Shown: one piece after another, positions 54,822 to 64,000 of the stretch
Layout: each line of letters begins with the position of its first letter
Position numbering within the stretch: the stretch's first letter is position 1
NCBI GenBank assembly: GCA_012295275.1
Contig: CM022670.1
Coordinates: 930,001 to 994,000, forward strand
Direction: 5' to 3'
Source of the DNA: Chrysomallon squamiferum
Taxonomy: Eukaryota > Animalia > Mollusca
Length of the DNA: 64,000 nt
The notes under the pieces: generated by a model
The model's input: the letters and a program-made list of their open reading frames with translations, nothing else
Databases searched by the model: none
Told to the model about the DNA's origin: nothing
Translations under genes and position numbers: made by a program

Positions 54822-55458
54822 AAGATGTTGAATATTAGTAGTTTAGCAAAAAAAAAAAAAAAAAAAAAAATTTGTACTTGTTATGAAGTTGGAAATTTTG
54901 AAAAATATACAATGTTAAATGTTGCATTTTGTTAACTCTTGGCTTCATTCCACGAGAGGTCGCGCCTGTTCATTCATCTTGTGCTAGGTGGAGGAAATGT
55001 GCTTTGTGCTTTACATGTTGTGAGTTCGAAACCCAGGCACTGCCTGATTGACCAATTGTTTTATATAAATGAATCCAATGATATGTATTGTCTTTTGTAC
55101 CAGTTAACAGTTAGAAGAAAGAAAGAAAAAAAATAAAAATAATACTAACAAGTTCTAACCCTGCAATTGTCAACACAAATGGAACAAAGATGTTTTTTAA
55201 TAATGCTATTAAAAATTCAAATATATATATATATATATATATATAGATATGTATGTATCAATGACATTTTCAATTGTTTGAAATTTTTTGGGTTTTTAGC
55301 TTCTTTTTCTTGTGTGCTGTGATTATTGGTTTGACAAGTTTTTCAGACGTTTTTAAATTTATTTTTCACGCATGAAAATGTTTTTTGATGGGAAGACAAT
55401 TCTCCTTTTTATAGATTGAACTTTTTGGAAAGATGTTTTGAGCTACTTTTTTGCCTGT

Positions 55459-55492
<34 letters not shown>

Positions 55493-58400
55493 ATTTTTTG
55501 AGACTTGTATGGATTTGTAAGGTAGAATAAACAAGGTTTTTATAAATATATTGTACACATTTGCTTAATTTGTTTTAATTATTTTTTTTTTTTTGACAGT
55601 CGAGTAAATAAAACAAAGAAAGCCAGTATATTTTTCTCACCAATCGCGTCAGTTATATAAAATATGCAAAACTTCTGTGTCGCTCATTATACGGTGAAAT
55701 GCCGTTGCTGTGTGTATGTTGAAATGATGTGCATGCAGTTGTTTGTCTTCTGGTATCAAGGAATGAATACTGATCTGACATTTGAAATCTTTTTTTTTTT
55801 TTCTTCTGTTTTTCTTCTTCCTCCCTGACATGCATAAAGGAAATTTTTTACATGAATTTACATAAACTTTAGAATGTGATCATATGTTCAGTCCTGTTAA
55901 GTTTAAATCTCAAATGTACCCATAACCATTTAATTTTTTCCTACTTTTGTTATTAGATTTAGTGTGATGTGCATTTTTGTTGTCGTTTTTTCTTATATAT
56001 CTGTAAATAAGTTAAATTTATTGATATGTTTTTTTCTGTTTTGTCAGTTTACCAGTTTAGTAGTTTTGTTTACTAAAATATACTCTATTTAATGATTATT
56101 ATTGTATGTGTTTTTTGTTATTTCAGTATTCCATGGTTACAAGTTTTGATTCAGAAAATAAAACCCCCAGTATATGTGTATATATATATGTTCTATTATT
56201 TATTGTTGTTACAGATCATAGCCCTTTAACTTGTGGGTTCCATATCATTGTCAAGATACACTAAACTATAACAAGTGTCAAGTTTGAAAGGGTTAATATA
56301 TATTTATACAAATTAATAAAATGACCACTTAAGAAATCTGGCCAAAGAATATTAAAATTTAGACATGTAGATATTTCATTATCACTTATTTATTATATTT
56401 AATATTAAATTTATACCTCAGAGGAATACACCAAACACTGCCCCTTCTCTGTAAGTCAATATTTCTATTTATTAAATAAATAGCCCACCTCAGGAAAGAA
56501 AAAAAAAAAGCATTCTCTTTATGCAGAACAAACCGTCTCAAAATATAGAAAATTTAAAAAAATATATTAAACATTAAGATAATTTAACTTATATAAAAAA
56601 AAATAATGTAACTTTTATATTTACCATAATATTTTGGAAACTCTTAACTCATGTTGAAAAAAAGTTTTTGGATAATTTAAACTTTTTGGAAATTATATTG
56701 TAATTTTAATTATTATTATTATTTTTTTAAGTTTTTTTTTTTAACATCGTTATTTACTTTTTTGGAAAAGGTATTTAAAAAAATGTTCCTTTAGTATTTT
56801 TCTTCCAGACAAATATTTTATTAAATTTAAAAACAAAAACAGAACTTATTTTCCATATATAAAGTTCATTCACAAAATGACTGTTTCAATACTTGTAACC
56901 AAGTGTAGTTGTGTAGAGAGTAGCATTGTTTTTCTGTGGCTTTTCAGCTCATTCTATTCTTGCAAACTGGCCTAAAGGAAATTTTCAAATACTCAAATTC
57001 ATAAGGTGCAACTATTGTGGCCTCTTTTCTGAAGCACTGAAATACTGCAGAAAGTATTTTACATTTTGGTTAACACTGAAAATAATTTTAAATGTTTTAC
57101 AGACTTCGGAATCCATTAATAATGACATGGTTTCTGAATGTCAATACAGTATTATTTTCAAAAGTTTCAAGATATTTATTTTATTTTTATGCAGTTAAAT
57201 ACTTTTTGAGATATTAATATACCAGCTTCCATTACTTTTCAAATCATTACCTATTAAGGAAGTGTTTTGTTTCTGTTGCTATAGTAACAGTTAAATACCC
57301 ACATTGTGCCTTCACGAACGTGCTTGTTTTTAGCACACAGTAAAGGTTAGTGACTTGCTTGTTAATAAACAAATTCTGTTCATTATAAATGTATGAATCT
57401 CGTTTTGTCAAAATATTGTATGCATGTTGTCTTTTCTTTAAAAAAACAACAAAAAAACAAAAAACAAGACTTTTTTCTACTTTCTTGTTTGTTAGCCCTA
57501 GTTAATGCTGTTAACCATATTATTATTATTATTATTGTTATTATTATTTTTATTATTATTATTATTAATTTTATTTAATATGAAAAATTTGTATCCCACC
57601 GCCAGTTTGCAAGAAAGATTTCATAGCCCTGATGTTCAGCATAATACAACTTTTTTCCATTGTTTGGACCACAATGTATCTGTTTGCCAGGTTTCTGTCA
57701 TGTTCACATTCCACTTTGCACTTTTAAAATCCATCTTTACTGGTCAAGTAATTGAACAGTGCTCTGTATTTTCTTATAGAACAGTTCATGGCTCCCAGAT
57801 ACGTGATTTTCAAAAAGCTTGTTACTTTCAAACACTGATTGTAGCTCTCCAGTAACTGAAAACAGCTTATTTGTTTCAACTTTGTTTCGTCGTATTTCAT
57901 TGGTTAAAACCCATCCAAAAGTCAAAAATACCTTATCTCAATATTATTTTTTTATTTATTTTTTTTTTTTTAATTTCAAACCGGGTCAAGTCACCCACTT
58001 AGGGAATAACCATTTTGAAAGTGTTTATAACTACTGTTATTAAATACTTACTGAGGTGAATTTTACAAAGAGACTGTAGAGCACTGGACATTACTGCACT
58101 AATAGAGATGTTTTAATTAAGATCGCCTTATTACGAGGAGCTGTCCATTCTTGAATGGTTCGGCTTACCCTCACTGGACACTGCTGGGAACCGTTTGTTT
58201 CAGTTAAATGGCACACTTCTACCCATTTGACAATGAACCTGATATCAGCACATCTTAGAAACACTTACAGAACAACTGTGTGCATTTATTCTTCTTAAAA
58301 AATTGTTATCACATTTTAATAGTTTTTCTTAGAATTCTAATTTTCATTTTTCACTGGACTTTTTTTTTTTTACAATATGGATCTGGCTAGTTAATCTCTC

Positions 58401-58959
58401 AGAATATTTCAGAACTCAAATTCATAATCAGCAGACACCGTGACATCAGTTACATTTAGAATCATTTCACCAGAAACCTTCTTTTTTCTTTCTTTTTTTA
58501 AATTAATAAAGTTAAAAATTAAATCATTATGACCTATATTTCATAAATGTGTAACATTCCATTACTGTTAGGCCATATTGTTCAACATTACACTAATATA
58601 CTTTTTTGTGTTTATATATTTATTTATATATTTATTTTAAAACTCATCACAGAAGTGTACCAGTTAACTTGGATGTTCCTTCATTGCCAACAGATTATCA
58701 AAACTGAAAAAACAAAACAAGAAAAGGTGCTGTCTTCTATCCTTAAAAAAGTAATAATATTGTGCAAATTATTAAAAAGGAATTGTTTAGAATATTATAT
58801 TCAGATATATATATATGTGAATGTTAAATTGTTTCTCAGTTAGAATTTGTTTTTCATTTTTTTTTTTTTTTTTTTTTTTTCAGTCATTTTATGTTTAGAA
58901 TGTTTCTATCAAGGTCCCAGGAAGGTGACTTGTTTGTGTTTTTGCAAAATCATTTTAAA

Positions 58960-58991
<32 letters not shown>

Positions 58992-59460
58992 ACAAAACTA
59001 CTAAATCTAAAATAACTGAGTATGACATTGTTGCTCTGTTTTGAACCAAAATTTTTACTAAAATATGCACTAATTTCGGCTGGTTTATTTATTTTGTGTT
59101 TGTCCTTTTACAAAAAATTATAAAAAAATCATTAAAAAAAAAAAATATTATAAAAATTAAAAAAAAAAAAAAAAAAAGTATAAAATTTTTTTTGAAGACT
59201 AAAACGAAACAAACTGAAGCAAATGCAATATAGTTATGTTTTTATAGTTCTGTAGAAGTGAAGAGGAAGCCACTTCCGAGGTTGTTTTTTTGATCTCTCT
59301 CTATTCGTTTGAAGATTTTTAAACTTTTTCATGTTAACTTATATAAGCCATCAATTAATTGTATGTTGGTAAGTCAGTTTTATTATTGTATATTCCACTC
59401 ATACGTTTGTTATGAGTGAAACTGAATATGGTATTCAATAAAGTATTTTGTTTGCTTCAT
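48816..59460 (+). other. Inferred very long brat 3'UTR (~10.6 kb) with alternative poly(A) sites
   Basis: Plus strand is U/UG-rich with no convincing exons. AATAAA at 59437-59442 is followed by a GU/U-rich tract, and the strand skew switches to A-rich after ~60 kb (convergent Maf gene). Proximal AATAAA occur, e.g. at 49903. Confidence 0.5.
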
Positions 59461-60909
59461 GCCGTTTTCATTTTTTATTTTTTACTAGATTTAACACTTG
59501 TCATTATTAACTCTTCAGCTGCCTTCAGCTTCACTGGGAAGTCTTAGCGAAACTGCTCTCTGGGAAATGCACATTACTGCATGGTTACAGCAGGCTAGGG
59601 CTGTGGTTAGGTAAATGTCAGTCTGTACTGTGTATGTGAATTTGTGTTTCTCATATTTGCCTGGTTTAAACTGATGTTTGAAATACAGCTAGTCCAGCAA
59701 AACGGTAAAAGAATCCCAAGTTTTGCCTTGACTCGGTTAATGTACTTTTTGAAACGATTTTTATCATGCAAGTCCATGATACCATTATTTAATATATTTA
59801 TAAGTGTTCTTTCATCAGCCATTTTAATTTCAAAAGAAATATTGAATAATTTAGGGTCTTCTCAAATGTGATTATTTCTGACTTAATTTTCTGTTTTTAC
59901 CAATAATCATGTAGCGTAAATCAGGAAGTAAATATGAGGTTCTTGTGTCTGCATTTGCAGATAAATCAATATTAGTGTGAAATGTATACATGCAACTAGT
60001 ACTGTTAGAAGTGTTTCCTGCCAGTAAAACTGACTCGATGAAAATGTTAAATTAATAACAACAAAAATAATCATAAATTAAAAAAATAATAATAAATAAT
60101 AAATATAAATAATGGGGGAAAAATAAATAATAATAAAAACAAAACAATGTAAGTAGATACCAGGATTAATCATATATTTTTAATAAGTGATGCTGAAACT
60201 CTATAAGTTAATCAAATCAATTGATTTAAATGTTTTAGATTAATTCTTAATTTCATCATTTTTATACAATATTTTTATTTTATCAAATGACAAAGAAAAC
60301 GAATTTGCTATTACTGATAATATATTTATGCAGCAATAATAATAATGATAATGATAATGATAATAACAACAATAACAATAATACAAAGAAAAATTTAAAT
60401 ATGTAAATGAATAAAGTAAGTTAAAAAAAATTAAAATAAATAAACAAGAAAACAAATATTCTAATATTTCTGTAACGTTTCTATAGGAGTAAATTGTTGA
60501 TTAAAACATCATTACATTTAAATATTAATTATTAGCAGACACAGACATCTTGTGTAAAGAAACAGCAATGGCTGGATGGCAAATAGCTAAAAAATCGAAT
60601 TTTAGATTAGCAGCTCAGAGTGGATTAAAATGAGGCTGCAAAACAAAACTCAAGACCTCATAAATAATTAAAACAAATTTTATTTATAATCATCACTTTT
60701 TCTTTCTCAGAGCTGAAACGTAAATATATACTGAAACACAATAGTTACTGAAATAAAAACAAGACTGTGTCCTCGTCTTTCACTCACACACAAATAACAA
60801 AACAATTAGTTCGCAGTAAAAAAAAATTAACAAAATCTTGTCATTTATTTACATTATATATCTTTGGAATTCATATAAAATAAAATACTTTCGTAAAATT
60901 CAATCAAAT

Positions 60910-60959
<50 letters not shown>

Positions 60960-62043
60960 TTTAAAAAAAAGGGGAAAAAAAAGAAAATTGTGATAGCAGT
61001 TTTAACATTGATAGTTTGTTACACAACACTTCCTGTCTCTTAATTTGTAAAGTTTTAACCAGACCTGCTTAAATAAAACAACGAAGTGAAACTGCGTAAT
61101 AAACTTAATGTCACTGTGATGAAATTAATTCAGAAACTAACTAAATTCTTTCACTGAATTAATTTTTCATTCAGGAAGTAAGTTTAAACATGTGTTACAG
61201 AGTACCAGCCCTTGGCATGTTCTACATTTCAGTCACCTTATACAATGTTAAACATATTCTTCATGAATGAAATCTTGAACTATGATTGCGTTTATCTTGG
61301 TTTTTTTTTTTTTTTTTTTTTTTTCCTTACATGATGATTTAGTTTAATAATAATATCAGAAATAAATTTAAAAATAATAAAAATTGAAACTTACGTAAAA
61401 CTTGGAGTTATGATTTATAGGTATTGTAGATTAACCAGTGCAAAATAAATATAACAATCTTGTGAAAAAAGACACTTCTATTAAACAATTATACTTTTTT
61501 CTCCCTTAGATCTACATCTGTAAATTATATTAATTTTCTCTCTTAAATTATAATCAGCGATTTTCAATATTCAATTTTTGTTTTATGGGGTTAGCATTCA
61601 TTCATTCATTCATTCATTCATTCATTCACTCACTCACTCAGTGACATTTTGGTTAAATTAGGCCAAATCAAAAGAATTTTGTTTCACATTCCAGCATATT
61701 TTAATAATATATGTTACACATGAAAAATATTTGTTGAATAATAATGAGACAAGAGAAAAAATTCAATGAAATATTTTATTTCTAAATAGACAAGAAAGTA
61801 CAGGCCACAATTCTTTGTTAGAGATACACCAGCCTTGAAAACTTGCCAGATATCAAACCTATGTATTGGCTTCATGAATATCAGTCCTGTACCCACAGAT
61901 CCTCAAAAACCCAAAGCCACCCCCATCTACATATAACCAAAATAATGCACTGCTCTACATTATGTCATCCAAAAATGTGATTAAAATTCCATTAATGGAT
62001 ATTAAATAAAACAAAAATATGATCCACATGGTAATAATTAATG

Positions 62044-63051
62044 TTAAGACTTCTTATATGATGATGAATATAAACAAGCAAGTTCTTTGGAAAATCTGTG
62101 CAAGGGTAAACCCATCACATTAAAGTAATCTCCCTTGATTGCCTCGACCAGAGTTCCACCTAGTGACTGAATACCATAGCCTCCAGCCTTGTCCCTGAAA
62201 ATACAGCAGTGTTTTAAACAGCAGGCAAAGAAAACCAAATTACTAACTTGACAAATAAGTAGATAAACAATATTAAAAATATAGTTTAAAAAAAGGTGAA
62301 ATAATAATATTATTAAAATATTGATGAAAACTATTTGAATCAGAATATATAATAAAAGTAAAAAAATGTTGTTTAATATCTGCTAATATTTATATGTTTA
62401 TTATTTTATATTATTCATTTAACCCAATACTGATTCAATATCAGCTTCAACCCAGAACACACACGTACATACACACATGGAAAATATTACAAACTCACAG
62501 TGGTTCTCCAGTGTTGATGTAACAGTTGATCATTTCTGGAGTCATTTCTGTCATCACAACTTCCGTAGACTCGGAAAACTGCTTTATTCTGAACTGTCCA
62601 TCTTCTGTCAGTGTTCCACCTGTAACAAAATAATAATAAAAAAATAAACAAAAAATAAATAAATACATAAATAAATAAATAGATAAATAAATTAAACAGA
62701 CCACCAGAAAAATAAAATAATAATAAATAAACAAATAAATTAAATAATTTTTTTTTTTTAAATTTAAATTTAAAAAAAGGAGAACACCTAAAATTAATTA
62801 GAATAAAACATTCTTCTGAGGAACAGTGGAAAATTCTAGAATGTCTTGAAAAACAGCATTTGACTGTACTTATGTTTCACTGAGAATAAAAGACAAAAAG
62901 GAAGAAATCTGGTTTTTGATTTAAAACTAAAGTGCACTGGAAGAGACAGAGATTCTGACTTGAAATATTATGCTTTTACCTTGAAATATACTTGACATTG
63001 AATTTGTTTACAAATGTAAGAATCAATATATAACAATTTATTATTATTTAA

Positions 63052-63104
<53 letters not shown>

Positions 63105-63703
63105 CTATAACAAGAATAATAATTTTCAATAAATTACAATAAGAATAAACACTGGTTCAACAGCATCTCATATGAACAGCTACTAGATCTTAAACTGACT
63201 TTATTTCTTTTGTAATGACAGAATGGGAGAGAATGTTTACTGTTATCATCCCAAGACTTCTCTGAACTACTGGAATCATTCAAAATGATTTTCTACTCAC
63301 ATGATAGCAAACATCACAAAGTATTGAATGGAATGCATCCAGATGGATGTATAACAATCCATTAACTAACAATTCCTTAGACAAATACACCAAAACTTAG
63401 CTAATATTTACTTATATCATTTGTTTTATACTGAATGTTACCTCAAAATTATATTGCAACTATTTTTTTTTTTTTTTTCCTAATACAAATTCTATAAAAA
63501 TTTATCAAGAAATATTTCTTTTGAAAAAATCTTTCATTGTTTACTGTTAGGAATCACAAGAAACATATCAGTAAAAGTTTCTGTTGTTTACTGAAAAACT
63601 TGATAGAAAATTTTAATAAAGAAGAAAGGTAAAATTACCTGCTAATGATGGAGGTGTTATGAGAACAACACCTGTATAAACTGTGTGAGTTCTACCACTG
63701 AAT
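62044..63703 (-). CDS. Maf-family dTTP/UTP pyrophosphatase (ASMTL N-terminal domain-like), last three coding exons; 5' part beyond the window
   Basis: Exons 63703-63639 ([15 protein letters not shown]), 62619-62499 (..[27 protein letters not shown]) and 62194-62044 ([38 protein letters not shown]). GT-AG boundaries with consistent phases and hallmark Maf motifs. Confidence 0.93.
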
Positions 63704-64000
63704 CTAAATACAAACAAAGTAATTATTTACAACTGTTAATTAGGTAGAAATAATCATATATATCTTATTATTGTTAAAGATTATTATTATTTATTAATTG
63801 ATATAAATAAATAAACAAATAATACAAAACTTGTAAAAACATTCCTCAGTTATTAAACTGTTATTAAACTGCAAAGAAAGGAAAAATATTATGAAATTTC
63901 AAAAATATTTATTGATATGTACATATATATATGTGTGTGTGTGTAATTATTTAATCTAAACACACATATGACAATAATGGTGTAAATATATATACTTGTT

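Noticed and set aside
54939-55045. tRNA gene or SINE (B-box-like GAGTTCGAAACCC at ~55022)
   Set aside because: No cloverleaf or A-box could be built; at most a SINE trace.
50163-56373. Pumilio elements TGTANATA (50163, 53389, 56002, 56177, 56366)
   Set aside because: The count is about what this AT-rich composition gives by chance; not evidence on its own.
63180-63360. Possible extra Maf exon
   Set aside because: The flanking exons already join in phase and give a continuous Maf sequence, and the candidate frame has no Maf similarity.

Overview
AT-rich, microsatellite-rich animal genomic DNA. The protein content, intron style and CpG mosaicism point to a lophotrochozoan, probably a mollusc (inference). 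Most short ORFs in the track are microsatellite noise, and the real genes had to be rebuilt by hand from splice signals. (1) A head-to-head pair of paralogous 4-exon genes (A, minus, 2355-5404; B, plus, 7582-9209) encodes small secreted Cys/Trp-rich proteins with a Spaetzle/neurotrophin-like cystine-knot pattern. Each has an ATG-only first coding exon, and copy A carries a +1 frameshift. (2) A divergent arfaptin (AH/BAR domain) gene at 12818-16111 has a 1-nt loss in a G run; its putative promoter/first exon is duplicated at 72-711, so the repeat copies bracket the cystine-knot pair. (3) A large brat (TRIM-NHL) locus has CpG-rich promoter candidates at ~21.0-21.8 kb and ~26.8-27.1 kb, a ~19-kb 5' intron, an intronless 747-aa CDS with an intact RING (46572-48815), and an apparent ~10.6-kb 3'UTR with long stem-loops and clustered miR-34, miR-29, miR-1 and let-7 seed matches. 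(4) The 3' part of a stand-alone Maf (dTTP/UTP pyrophosphatase) gene lies on the minus strand (62044-63703). Transposon relics (Penelope GIY-YIG, internally deleted FLYWCH/MULE, RTE LINE) and several minisatellites are also present. No tRNA, rRNA or CRISPR array was found.
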